Shown piece by piece: positions 51,501-60,941 of a stretch of DNA of 64,000 bases. Position 1 is the first letter of the stretch. Each line of letters begins with the position of its first letter. The notes beneath the pieces were generated by a model, which was not told the origin of the DNA, did no database searches, and was given only the letters and a program-made list of their open reading frames with translations. The stretch is from Simkaniaceae bacterium (GTDB lineage: Bacteria; Chlamydiota; Chlamydiia; Chlamydiales; JAJFMI01). The stretch lies in assembly GCA_040880145.1 (NCBI GenBank), contig JBBDIZ010000027.1, positions 17,069 through 81,068 on the forward strand. The letters are read 5' to 3'. Position numbers and translations under genes: made by a program.

Positions 51501-53071
51501 AAAAGAATGTAAGCCCCGAACTTGGTCAAAAAGAGAGAACTCAAGGCCTTGTAGCTACCGGCATCGCTCTTTTGCTTGTAATCGGAATCATGATCAGTTA
51601 CTACCGATTTGCAGGTGTCATTGCTTCAGTTGCCGTTTTATTGAACCTCTTGATCATGTGGGCTGCTTTACAAAATATCCAGGCTAGCCTCACGCTTGCA
51701 GGTCTCGCCGGTATGATTTTGGTCATTGGGATGGCCGTCGATGCCAATGTCTTAGTTTTTGAGCGGATTCGTGAAGAGTTTAAAGCAGGCAAGCGCCTAG
51801 CGCAAGCGGTCTCTGCCGGATATCGTAAAGCTTTTTCAGCCATTGCGGACTCAAACATTACAACGATTATCGCAGCGCTCATCCTTCTTAATTTCGATTC
51901 AGGACCGATTAAAGGTTTTGCAGTCACTTTGATCATCGGGATTGTCAGCTCGATGTTTACAGCTCTTTTCATGACCCGTTTCTTCTTTGCAAGATGGGTT
52001 CAAAAGCCTGAAAGAAAAGAGCTTAAAATGAATGAATTTTTCAAAAGCACTTCTAAATTCAACTTCATCAAGAATTCTCGGTTTGTAATTACAGCATCTG
52101 TTGCGATAGCCCTTATCGGCTCCTTCCTTCTATTCAAGGAGAAGCAAAATCTCTTTGGGATGGACTTCACAGGAGGCTATAGCATGCAAATTGAATTGGA
52201 GCAAAACGCAAAAACAGACTATAGACAACAAGTACAGCAGGCGCTTGTAAAAGCGGGTGCCCCTAGCACTGACTTTGATGTCCGTCAGCTCAACCCAAAA
52301 AATCAACTTCGCCTCTTTTTCGGGACTAACATGGATGCAAAAGGCAAGCCTTTCTACGGAATGCCGATTGAATCAAGAAAGGATCAATTGATCTATCCTT
52401 TTGAAGCCAATCCACGGATCGCATGGGTTGTGGACGCTTTAGTCTCTGAGAACATCATGATTAAACCTGAAAGCCTAGCTCACCTGGAGCAAACCTGGAC
52501 GAATATTAGCGGACAAATGTCTACTAGCATGCGTAATAGCGCCATTATTGGTCTAAGCCTTGCGCTTTTAGCTATCCTTGCCTATATCACACTTCGATTT
52601 GAGTTTAAGTATGCCTTGAGTGCAACGATATGTTTGGCTCACGACGTGATCATTACTCTTGGAATGGTTGCTATTTTGAATGCTTTAAAACTGCCCATCA
52701 CAATTGATTTGAAAACAATCGCAGCTTTAATGACGATCGTTGGATACTCACTGAATGATACCATTATTATTTTCGATCGCATTCGAGAAGACCTAAACCA
52801 TAAGAAAAAGTGCAGTTTTAAAGACGTTGTGAATAACGCTTTAAATCGCACTTTAAGCCGGACGGTCATGACCTCTCTCACAACACTTGTTGTTCTTCTA
52901 GCCCTTGTTTTAATGGGAGGCGCCTCAATTTTTGGGTTTGCTCTTGTTATGACGATTGGAGTCATCTTTGGAACATTGAGCTCTCTTTTTATTGCAAGCC
53001 CGATCCTGCTCTATTTAGAGAAAAAAGAGACTGCAAAAGAGAAAAGCATGACCTTAAGCCACAAAAAATAG
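48518..53071 (+). CDS. secDF: Fused SecD/SecF with large chlamydial N-terminal periplasmic extension
   Basis: GLDLSGG, GMAVDANVLVFERIREE, GMDFTGG, GYSLNDTIIIFDRIRE. Confidence 0.96.
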   Translation: MEKRKRWHLVLLLSVIALTVYNIAPSIFFYAKPLDKPIDQKQATEVASSIMTRVNDLEKFSINWVQSFSKLLGLKPTNIELNNETPELIKVSFSNEKDAQTFRSNLPAAGALIPFIPAQLSSGDSSLDSTHLKVVNIQRKIPVHFSSNDLDKYFTYIKKFDSNGMPTEAYQKLLNDRILEMGLAISGESENAGYLKAIINNPNDSRSQDFTLLLAQNILNTAKIFGESSSLSKRFYHTFTQGDFSSPKGAIDELINTIDHMKDRLRLQRIQIQEEEKRLSDEGSFLDAMKKERLELTLSQEERLTAAGSILKREQAAFISTRGAMTYQELKEKIATKGSPLILSGTNPLIEEISLNIEQNSFNLILQKDIALLRASLAKKPGQSYLLTSLDQLIYNEIARLNRITGESIKPNKENFTVALSDLNGSESLLALNLKTLAKAESQNLKKLIETTWQPKHPELQEEAFPLYENETYQKLTPSEQRLGLVIYTPSTYDEMPPKGFKTDSIYVIAKGAQKILNKYQQDPHSEGALAFRKDFEALRTLLRKKGFIAYSGDTYPLSAKYQNDVIFQSENYYNNLIDASRENFTTTGSKRFATLEFTNFEQRIYALNKIEDSAHEDLLKWRNEYEKAKVSTTENTQNLIPKPTKNVLLNNLALSFRKYFRGDERKILHWGLDLSGGKTVQIELRDQNGQAVKDEASLDQGINELYRRVNKMGVSEVTIRREGSHISLDFPGAQGLSAEELIRASSMQFHVVNEKFSNKNHNLAQVTNRFLEEIWNEAVVTGKKDIKSLNAIAFTHLYGEVGDGVTGGPRSESAKILYESGLRLRPPSEPYQTVAFNDVLSKIAQYRGDSPSEWENQTHPLLVVFNNYALEGSSLENIQGGYDPSRGNYLSFQVIGSTSQTDGTKTNPRQDLYNWTSIYSKEAVTDSPLSEYSNGSGWRMAAILNGTVISTPNLSEPLRKSAMITGSFSQAEINKLEADLKAGSLTYTPIVLSEKNVSPELGQKERTQGLVATGIALLLVIGIMISYYRFAGVIASVAVLLNLLIMWAALQNIQASLTLAGLAGMILVIGMAVDANVLVFERIREEFKAGKRLAQAVSAGYRKAFSAIADSNITTIIAALILLNFDSGPIKGFAVTLIIGIVSSMFTALFMTRFFFARWVQKPERKELKMNEFFKSTSKFNFIKNSRFVITASVAIALIGSFLLFKEKQNLFGMDFTGGYSMQIELEQNAKTDYRQQVQQALVKAGAPSTDFDVRQLNPKNQLRLFFGTNMDAKGKPFYGMPIESRKDQLIYPFEANPRIAWVVDALVSENIMIKPESLAHLEQTWTNISGQMSTSMRNSAIIGLSLALLAILAYITLRFEFKYALSATICLAHDVIITLGMVAILNALKLPITIDLKTIAALMTIVGYSLNDTIIIFDRIREDLNHKKKCSFKDVVNNALNRTLSRTVMTSLTTLVVLLALVLMGGASIFGFALVMTIGVIFGTLSSLFIASPILLYLEKKETAKEKSMTLSHKK

Positions 53072-53172
53072 GGACAAAAGTAAGTTCTGCACCTTTAACG
53101 CTTGATGGGTTGGAGACAACCCTCAAATATTGTAACGTAAGGCCTATATGACCCTCTTCCTGTGGCGGAAAA

Positions 53173-54915
53173 ATGAAAAACTCTAAAGACCAAAACCCGA
53201 CCTGGATTCTTCCAAAGAAAAACAAGCGGCTTTGTGATCAATTCATCAATGAATTCTCTCTTCACCCTGTTCTTGCGCAGGTTCTTATCTCGAGAGGATT
53301 TAAAAAAATTGCAGATGTTCATGAATTTTTATACGCCAAGCTTCCACAGCTGCACGATCCCTTTCTTTTTGAAGACATGGATAAGGCCGTCAAGCGTGTA
53401 TTTAAAGCGCTTAAAAACAATGAAAATATTTTAATCTACGGCGATAATGACGTAGATGGCATCACAGGAACTTCGCTTCTAACTGAATTTTTGCGCTACA
53501 TCAACGCAAACACATTTTACTACATTCAGAACCGGACAACGACTAAAGGAAGTGTTATTTTAGATGCCCTTGACTTTGCAAAGAGAAACACCTGCTCTTT
53601 ACTTATCACAGTTGATTGCGGCATTACAGCCGCGAATGAGATCAAGGAAGCAGCCGAAGCCGGCGTCGATGTCATTGTTACAGATCATCATGAGCCAACA
53701 GCTAAACTTCCCCATTGCATTGCCACTTTAAATCCGAAGCTGCTCACAAGCACCTATCCTAATCGAGACTTAACTGGGGTGGGCGTCGCTTTTAAACTTG
53801 TCCATGCGCTTACCAATGAGCTCGTTGCAAGTGGTAAAATCAGTCCGACAAAAATCGATTTAAAACGCTATCTTGACTTAGTGGCTCTCGGAACTATTGC
53901 AGACATGGGAGCTCTTATTGGAGAAAATCGCATATTAGTACGTTATGGCCTCCGCCAAGTTAGGAGAACCAAACGAGTCGGGCTTATCAAGTTGCTCGAA
54001 GTTTCTGAAGTGAAAGTCTCCGATATCAACACTATGGACGTTGCTTCAAAAGTTGCCCCGCGCGTTAATAGCTTAGGCCGCATCGCTGATCCAACAAAAG
54101 GAGTTGAACTGCTTCTTGTTCGGAATGCCAAGATTGCAGAACAACTAGCCCGTGATCTCGATCTCAATAACATCGAAAGACAGAAAATCGAAAGACGCGA
54201 CTCAGAAGAGATTGAATCTTACATTGATAAGAACCCTCAAATTCTCGATCACCGCGCTATCGTTCTCTATTCAAACAAATGGCATCCCGGCATTATCCCG
54301 ATCATTACAGCGCGAATCTCAAAGCAATACAACCGTCCGACGATCATTATAGCTATTGAAAAGGGTGTTGGAAAGGGCTCTCTTCGAACCATTCCACAAT
54401 TTCCTCTACTCACTCATTTACACATTTTGAGCAAACATCTCATTAATTTTGGTGGACATGATTTTGCCGCAGGTCTAACTATTTTGGAAGGTGAAATCCC
54501 TGAGTTTAAAGAAAAATTTATCGATAATGCAGATAAACTCCTTAAGAAAAATGACATTCTTCCGAAGCTTCAGCTCGATGCAAGCGTTAGCTTTGAAGAC
54601 TTAACCTATGATTTTATGGAGTCTTTAAGCCTGCTCGAGCCCTTTGGCACTGAAAATCCCGCACCCATACTTTACACTAAAGCCAAACAAGTCTGGCCTC
54701 CTAAAATTGTGGGAAAGGCCCACCTCAAACTCTACCTCGAGCAAGAGGACCGGCAACTTGAAGGCATTGGATTTAATTTAGCGAATAAGAAAAGTCAAAT
54801 CACAAAAAAAGATGCTATTGTACAAGTCGCATTCACGCCCCACATCAACACGTTTTTAAATAAAAGCAGTATCCAGCTTCAAGTACGTGACGCTAAAATT
54901 TGGGAAGAGGCCTAA
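53173..54915 (+). CDS. recJ: ssDNA-specific exonuclease
   Basis: YGDNDVDG, TVDCG, TDHH, GTIAD, GGHDFAAG. Confidence 0.97.
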   Translation: MKNSKDQNPTWILPKKNKRLCDQFINEFSLHPVLAQVLISRGFKKIADVHEFLYAKLPQLHDPFLFEDMDKAVKRVFKALKNNENILIYGDNDVDGITGTSLLTEFLRYINANTFYYIQNRTTTKGSVILDALDFAKRNTCSLLITVDCGITAANEIKEAAEAGVDVIVTDHHEPTAKLPHCIATLNPKLLTSTYPNRDLTGVGVAFKLVHALTNELVASGKISPTKIDLKRYLDLVALGTIADMGALIGENRILVRYGLRQVRRTKRVGLIKLLEVSEVKVSDINTMDVASKVAPRVNSLGRIADPTKGVELLLVRNAKIAEQLARDLDLNNIERQKIERRDSEEIESYIDKNPQILDHRAIVLYSNKWHPGIIPIITARISKQYNRPTIIIAIEKGVGKGSLRTIPQFPLLTHLHILSKHLINFGGHDFAAGLTILEGEIPEFKEKFIDNADKLLKKNDILPKLQLDASVSFEDLTYDFMESLSLLEPFGTENPAPILYTKAKQVWPPKIVGKAHLKLYLEQEDRQLEGIGFNLANKKSQITKKDAIVQVAFTPHINTFLNKSSIQLQVRDAKIWEEA

Positions 54916-55018
54916 ACAGTGTAACTCTTGTATAGAGCCAAGTAGTAACCTGGGCACGGGCCAAAGTTGTTTAAATGTTTGCAAGTAGGAGTCAGCCAAC
55001 CTCTTTTAGGTGTTGCGC

Positions 55019-55043
55019 AAGCAGCGACGAGTCGCTGCTTTGT
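55019..55043. terminator. Hairpin between convergent recJ and chorismate mutase genes
   Basis: AAGCAGCGAC-GA-GTCGCTGCTT perfect inverted repeat. Confidence 0.5.
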
Positions 55044-55082
55044 ATCAGTTTAGAAGCTCATCCCTTTAGAGAATTGAGAGTG

Positions 55083-55733
55083 TCACGGAAGGAGTGAGTC
55101 AATCGATATGCGGCGCACCTCTTCAGCTTGAGCGCTCATGATGTCATTTGCTCTTTCAAGCAAAAGATCTTGAAATTCAGGATCATTCATAAGCGGGAGG
55201 ATCTCTTGAAGCTCCGCTAAAAGCGTGTTGTTAATTTGATCGATTTGAGCGCGAATCTCACTTAAAGCTTCAGCGTCTTGCTCTAGCTTGTACGCATTTT
55301 CATTCGCCCAGTTATTAAATGCCTCGATTTGAATGAGCTTAGCAGCCTCCATTTGATTTCTAAAAAAATCTCTAGCCTCTTTTGGATCAACTCCGAGAGC
55401 CTCAGCTTTAAGAACGATTTGTGAGAGAAGAGCCTCTTCACGCTCCTTGTCTAAAATCGGCCGGGTGTTGTTCCACTTAAAGCGAGCGACTTCAGGCATG
55501 AGCTGCAAACGTTTATGAATCGTATTCACAAGACTATTTGCTTTTTCAGTCTTAAGCTCTAAGGGGAGCTCTTGAATCATTTCCGTGCTTAGTTTTTCAT
55601 CCGAAGCAACTAGGTTGAAAGGAGTCGTAAAAAAACACAAAATCGCAACAGCAAAAGCGCCCACAACCAAAAGGCCATACTTCCTGTAGTACAATGTGTA
55701 AGTTTGCGTTTCCCTATCGTTTTGACTTTTCAT
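55083..55733 (-). CDS. aroQ: Exported chorismate mutase, AroQ gamma subclass
   Basis: RLQLMPEVARFKW..RPILDKERE, FFRNQMEAAKLIQ, LSEIRAQIDQIN; N-terminal hydrophobic signal; AAGGAGG Shine-Dalgarno. Confidence 0.88.
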   Translation of the reverse strand: MKSQNDRETQTYTLYYRKYGLLVVGAFAVAILCFFTTPFNLVASDEKLSTEMIQELPLELKTEKANSLVNTIHKRLQLMPEVARFKWNNTRPILDKEREEALLSQIVLKAEALGVDPKEARDFFRNQMEAAKLIQIEAFNNWANENAYKLEQDAEALSEIRAQIDQINNTLLAELQEILPLMNDPEFQDLLLERANDIMSAQAEEVRRISIDSLLP

Positions 55734-55767
55734 TCGATCCTCCTTTAAAAAATCCTAATTTTTGCGT

Positions 55768-55796
55768 ATGCTAGCAAACAGAAGGAATTTGCACAA
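55768..55796 (-). promoter_or_regulatory. Promoter of the chorismate mutase gene
   Basis: TTGTGC-17 nt-TAGCAT with extended TGn. Confidence 0.5.
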
Positions 55797-55820
55797 AGGG
55801 AAAAGTGTGAATATAGTAAG

Positions 55821-56519
55821 TCAGTCGTCTAATATATCTTTCATCAAATCAAGGATAGAGTTCAACTTTTGAACTACATATATATTAAAAACATAATTAC
55901 GAGATTTTGGAAGGAGCACGTTTATTAAAGAATCTTTTTGCAGCAAGGGAAAAGACAAATCCTCATCCATCTTATCAGTTAGCAACTTAATTATTTTTTT
56001 TTCACTCCTGCTAATTGTTCCATCCATTTTACTTGAGCTAGCCTTTTCCAAATTAGGAAAAAGATTTAAGGGATTAGGACACACTTTTAGCTCATTTTTT
56101 TGAACGACTATAAATTGAATAAAAACGCTTAAGGCTGCGCCATTTTTCAAGTATTCAAGTACAATACATTTTCTTCCAAGGCCATTTGGCAAAGTTTCCT
56201 CTTCAAGCACAACCTTTCCTTTCATAATATTGATGCCCTGCCCTGCCAATATGGATTGTTTTCCCAAAATTATTTGATCTCTTTTTTCATTAATCAATGA
56301 AATGATAGGAAATTTCATAGTGCACAATAATTTTATTCTATTAAAATATTGTTCACCTAAATAAGGTTTAAGCGTCATACCTGTTAATTGAGACCGAAAC
56401 GCCATAGGCATATTCGCCAATTCATAGTCTTCACTCAATTCCCAACTATTCTCTATCCACTCAAAGTACTGATTTTCGATGCTCTCGCTGTTAAATAAAT
56501 TTGAAGAAAGTTTTGACAA
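55821..56519 (-). CDS. AT-rich hypothetical protein
   Basis: 232-aa ORF, TTG start preceded by GAGG. Confidence 0.6.
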   Translation of the reverse strand: MSKLSSNLFNSESIENQYFEWIENSWELSEDYELANMPMAFRSQLTGMTLKPYLGEQYFNRIKLLCTMKFPIISLINEKRDQIILGKQSILAGQGINIMKGKVVLEEETLPNGLGRKCIVLEYLKNGAALSVFIQFIVVQKNELKVCPNPLNLFPNLEKASSSKMDGTISRSEKKIIKLLTDKMDEDLSFPLLQKDSLINVLLPKSRNYVFNIYVVQKLNSILDLMKDILDD

Positions 56520-56546
56520 AATGAACCTCTATATTATTAAATTATG

Positions 56547-56580
56547 AAAAAAGGGCGAGCATCAGTTAAGATGCTCGCCC
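56547..56580 (-). terminator. Intrinsic terminator of euo
   Basis: 11-bp stem GGGCGAGCATC/GATGCTCGCCC followed by T6 on the minus strand. Confidence 0.85.
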
Positions 56581-56619
56581 GTTAAAAAAATCGATTTTTT
56601 TTTATAAACTCAAAATTTC

Positions 56620-57102
56620 TTACATCGCTTCGATGTTCGAAATCCTTTTATTCAGATAATTCTCTTGATAATTCCTCACTTCTTCATGATGAATAACCCA
56701 AGCAGAACCTTTTCGAGTCGCTTTTAATAGACCAATGCGTGTTGCATAATAAATCTTCTGAGCCGGTACGCCCAACTTCTTTGCAACCTGGTTAACTGAA
56801 TAGTAACCCTTATTATTATCGAATAGGAGTTCACCATTGAACATTGATTTTTCTCGAGAATATTTTTGCTTTCTATATTCTTCTAGGTCTTCTAGACGAA
56901 TTGTCCATCGTGTAGAATCTTTCTGCGCCTTAAGCTTTCTTTGCTTAATCGCAACGTAGATGGCCTGACGTGTCACGCCATTGATACGAGCTGCTTCTGT
57001 GATAGAAACCACTTTCTTTGGCTGAGAGTGCGCTTCATCCATGATTTCAGCTTCAATTTTATTTTCATATTCCATGCTTTTAGGATCCTCCCTAACACTC
57101 AT
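56620..57102 (-). CDS. euo: EUO, chlamydial repressor of late genes
   Basis: VSITEAARINGVTRQAIYVAIKQRKLKA and second HTH YSVNQVAKKLGVPAQKIYYATR. Confidence 0.95.
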   Translation of the reverse strand: MSVREDPKSMEYENKIEAEIMDEAHSQPKKVVSITEAARINGVTRQAIYVAIKQRKLKAQKDSTRWTIRLEDLEEYRKQKYSREKSMFNGELLFDNNKGYYSVNQVAKKLGVPAQKIYYATRIGLLKATRKGSAWVIHHEEVRNYQENYLNKRISNIEAM

Positions 57103-57434
57103 AACCCTCTAGAACCTTGTTGTTTAAAAAGCAACGAGATTTATGAGTTGTCTATTTTTATTAATAGTTTTTTGTCGTTTAATTAACATCTTCTTGCTGT
57201 TAGATAAGTAATTATTACATAAAAATGAATTGAAAGCAAGGCCTTTATGCAAAATTAATATCCTCAAAGTCTTTTAAAATAAATGTTTTACGGCTATATT
57301 TCTTTAACATGCTGTATATAAGCATGTTAAGTCAATAGGATTAAAAAATACAATTTTTGTAGCTTTTGGGATTTTCGTAGCCGAAAAGAGAGGAATACGC
57401 TACGATGCAGAGAAAGAATTAATTAAGAATATTC

Positions 57435-59378
57435 ATGAAAAAACGACTTTGCATCCTCTTCCTTAGCCTCTTATGCGTCCTCCATCCGACAAGTCCTCCA
57501 GAGCTCACTCCCCATCTGACTCGAAGAAAAATTGAAGAGATCATGAAGTCGCATGTTTCTCAAAAAAAGCTAAACAAAGAAATCCTCTCCCGAACATTAG
57601 TTAATTTTCTCGATGAATTGGATCCTACAAAAACCTATCTGCTTAAAGACGAAGTTCTCCGCTATCTCTCCTCTGAGGATCATTTCCTTGAACGCCTAAT
57701 CCTCGAATATAAACATGAAAATTTTGTGACTTTCAAAGAGCTTTATTCTCAAATGGGAGACGCGATACAAAGGCGCAATGAAATTGAAAAAAGAATCGAT
57801 AGCAAAACGCTTCCTAAAAAGGTCTCGGCAACTGAATTTAAAGATCTCGATTGGGCGGAATCAGAAGACGCCTTAGAAGAGAGACTTTTAAGACTGCGTG
57901 CATTGCAGCTAGATGTCGCTAATGAATTTGAAGAAGAGTCTTCTGATCATTTTATGAAGCGTATTGTTAAAAGACGCCACAATCACGAACGCATTCTCAT
58001 TGGAGAGTCTAACCAAGTGCGGGAGAGGCAAATGCTCTCCTTTCTAATCAAAGCCGTTAGCAGCTCCCTCGATAATCACACGGTCTATTTTACTCCTACT
58101 GAGGCAAAACAATTCATGACCCAGGTCCAACAGCGCCTATTTGGCGTTGGAGCTCTTCTACGCGATGACCTCAACGGTTTTAGCATCATCAAATTAATCG
58201 AAGGCGGCCCTGCACTCTCATCCGGAACACTCAAGATTGGAGATCGCGTAATTGCGGTGAATCAGGAACCTGTCGTAGGCCTCGATATTAGTGAAGCCGT
58301 TGAAAGAATTCGCGGGCCGAAAGGATCAAAGGTGAAGCTCACGATTTTAAGAGATTTAGACGAAGGGAAAGATGAGAAATTTGACATCGAAATCATACGC
58401 GATGAAATTGTGATTAAAGAAGCCCGCTTCGAAATCAATACGGAACCTTTTGGAAAGGGCGTGATTGCTCACATTAAGCTCTTTTCTTTTTACCAAGATC
58501 CGACGAGCTCCTCTGCCAAAGACATCAAAGCCGCTATCGAAGAGATCCAAAAAGAGCATCGAGTAGAAGCCGTTCTTTTAGATCTTAGAAACAATGCTGG
58601 GGGCCTACTTCCCCAAGCTGTTGCTGTCACTGGCCTTTTTATTAAAAAAGGCATAGTCGTCTCTATCAAAGATAGTCAAGGACGAATCCAGCATCTTCGA
58701 AATTTCAATGATCAACCCGCTTATAGCGGCCCCCTTGTCATATTAGCCAATGAAGCAAGTGCCTCTGCTGCTGAAATCGTGACCCAGACGCTTAAAGATT
58801 ATGGCCGAGCCCTTATTGTTGGAGGAAGGACCTTTGGGAAAGGAACCTATCAAACCTTCACTTTTGATGGGTCGCACCCCAATCAAGTCAACCCTCAAGG
58901 AGAATTTAAGGTCACAAGAGGCATGTATTTTACCGTTTCGGGGAAAAGTCCTCAACAAGTCGGCTTAGAGCCCGATATCGCCATTGCAGGAGTCTTTACA
59001 TTTAGGGATGTCGGTGAGCGATTCTCTAAATACCCGCTTGAAAATAGCGCTATCAACCCTAACTTTATCGATGACTTTCAAGATATCCACCCCTTTCATC
59101 GCCATAAAGTAAAAAAAATCTATCAGGAAAATCGTCAAGAATACGATGATCTCTATGGATCCCTTCTCCCCACTATAAGACAAAACTCAGAAGAGCGAAG
59201 AGCGCAAAATAAAAATTATCAAAATTTTCTTAAGGTCTTGCAGAAAGAAGACCCCTCTGAAGAAGAGATCGAGCCTTTTGGCGAAAATGACTTGCAACTC
59301 GAAGAGGCTGTTAACGTTACAAAAGATTTAATCCAGCTCCTTCAAGAGTCTAAGACGCCTCAAAAGAAAGTCGCGTAA
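57435..59378 (+). CDS. tsp: Tail-specific (S41) protease
   Basis: PDZ domain, LDLRNNAGG, SASAAEIV, TFGKG. Confidence 0.93.
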   Translation: MKKRLCILFLSLLCVLHPTSPPELTPHLTRRKIEEIMKSHVSQKKLNKEILSRTLVNFLDELDPTKTYLLKDEVLRYLSSEDHFLERLILEYKHENFVTFKELYSQMGDAIQRRNEIEKRIDSKTLPKKVSATEFKDLDWAESEDALEERLLRLRALQLDVANEFEEESSDHFMKRIVKRRHNHERILIGESNQVRERQMLSFLIKAVSSSLDNHTVYFTPTEAKQFMTQVQQRLFGVGALLRDDLNGFSIIKLIEGGPALSSGTLKIGDRVIAVNQEPVVGLDISEAVERIRGPKGSKVKLTILRDLDEGKDEKFDIEIIRDEIVIKEARFEINTEPFGKGVIAHIKLFSFYQDPTSSSAKDIKAAIEEIQKEHRVEAVLLDLRNNAGGLLPQAVAVTGLFIKKGIVVSIKDSQGRIQHLRNFNDQPAYSGPLVILANEASASAAEIVTQTLKDYGRALIVGGRTFGKGTYQTFTFDGSHPNQVNPQGEFKVTRGMYFTVSGKSPQQVGLEPDIAIAGVFTFRDVGERFSKYPLENSAINPNFIDDFQDIHPFHRHKVKKIYQENRQEYDDLYGSLLPTIRQNSEERRAQNKNYQNFLKVLQKEDPSEEEIEPFGENDLQLEEAVNVTKDLIQLLQESKTPQKKVA

Positions 59379-59429
59379 AAATCCCTTTTCGAGATATAAT
59401 TCAGGCTAAAAAAACTTTAAAATTATCTT

Positions 59430-60941
59430 ATGAAAAAAGTCAGAACTCGCATAGCCCCCTCTCCGACAGGGGATCCCCACGTCGGCACCCCCTATATGGC
59501 ACTTTTTAACTGGGCCTTTGCTCGCCATCATGGAGGAGAATTTATCCTCCGAATTGAAGATACCGACCGCGATCGCTCTCGCCCCGGATATGAAAAAAAT
59601 ATTTTTGAAGCCCTGAAGTGGGTTGGCCTTGAGTGGGATGAAGGCCCCGATATCGGGGGATCATTTGGCCCTTACCGCCAATCTGAGCGAACAGAAATCT
59701 ACAAAAAATATTGCTTTCAACTCTTAGAAGCCAAAAAAGCTTATAAATGTTTTACAACTTCCGAAGAATTGAAACAGATGCGGGAACTCTCTGCCAAAAT
59801 GGGCGCAAAAATGGGCTATGACCGCCGCCACCGCAATCTCAGCGATGAAGAGATTCGAGAGCGTGAAGACCGGGCAGAGCCCTACGTTATCCGTCTAAAA
59901 GTACCTCTTACCGGTGAATGCGTCTATGACGATTTAATCAAAGGCACCCTTCGCACCCCCTGGGCAGATGTCGATGATCAGATCTTGATGAAATCAGACG
60001 GCTTCCCCACCTACCACCTTGCGAATGTTGTCGATGACCATTTGATGGAGATCTCTCATGTGATCCGTGGAGATGAATGGACCTCCTCCACACCCAAACA
60101 CATCATGCTTTATGAAGCCTTCGGGTGGAAACAACCGACCTTTGTGCATATGCCCCTACTTCTTGGAACCGATGGAAAAAAGCTTTCAAAGCGCAAGAAC
60201 CCCACATCTGTTTTTTACTATCGCGATAACGGCTATCTTCCGGAAGCCCTTATGAATTTCCTAAGTCTAATGGGGTATACTTTAGGGCAAGATAAAGAAA
60301 TCTACTCGATGAAAGAACTTGCTAAAGATTTTGATTTTAAAAAGGCAGGGGTTTCAGGAGCGATCTTTGACACCAAAAAACTCGACTGGCTCAATCAGCA
60401 TTATCTGATTAACTCCATTCCAGAAGATCAGCTGTGGAATAAAATCAAAGAGTGGAGCTTTAATGATGAATTTATGCAGCGCTTAATGCCCCTTGTCCAC
60501 ACCCGAATTAAAACCTTTAGCGAGTTTATGGAACTTTGCAGCTTTTTCTTTGTAAAAAGTGTTCACCCTTCTATCGAACTCTTGACCCCTAGCCACTTAA
60601 CAGAAGAGAAAAGCGCTCTGATTTTACAAAGCATCATCTGGCGTTTAGATGAATTAGAAGACTGGGGATCAAAAGGCTTGGAAGAAGCTAGCCGAGATAT
60701 CGCGAATCTTTTTGAAGTGAACCACAAAAAAATCGTGATGCGCTTGCTCTTCGCTTCTATCTGCGGAAAACACCAAGGCCCCCCTCTATTTGACTCCGTA
60801 GCTTTGCTTGGTAAAGATCGAACGCGCGCGCGCTTCATGGAAGCGATCCACTGCCTTGGCGGCATATCGAAGAAAAAACTTTCATCTTTAGAAAAGGCTA
60901 TTGCAGCAAAGGATTGCTCAAACTTCTTTAAAGAATTATGA
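59430..60941 (+). CDS. gltX: Glutamyl-tRNA synthetase
   Basis: RIAPSPTGDPHVGT, LRIEDTD, KLSKR. Confidence 0.98.
   Translation: MKKVRTRIAPSPTGDPHVGTPYMALFNWAFARHHGGEFILRIEDTDRDRSRPGYEKNIFEALKWVGLEWDEGPDIGGSFGPYRQSERTEIYKKYCFQLLEAKKAYKCFTTSEELKQMRELSAKMGAKMGYDRRHRNLSDEEIREREDRAEPYVIRLKVPLTGECVYDDLIKGTLRTPWADVDDQILMKSDGFPTYHLANVVDDHLMEISHVIRGDEWTSSTPKHIMLYEAFGWKQPTFVHMPLLLGTDGKKLSKRKNPTSVFYYRDNGYLPEALMNFLSLMGYTLGQDKEIYSMKELAKDFDFKKAGVSGAIFDTKKLDWLNQHYLINSIPEDQLWNKIKEWSFNDEFMQRLMPLVHTRIKTFSEFMELCSFFFVKSVHPSIELLTPSHLTEEKSALILQSIIWRLDELEDWGSKGLEEASRDIANLFEVNHKKIVMRLLFASICGKHQGPPLFDSVALLGKDRTRARFMEAIHCLGGISKKKLSSLEKAIAAKDCSNFFKEL

Noticed and set aside
48518..53071. Very large SecDF (1517 aa)
   Set aside because: The long N-terminal extension is known for chlamydial SecDF
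57360..57387. Sigma28 -10-like GCCGAAAA upstream of tsp
   Set aside because: No TAAA -35 element at the right spacing
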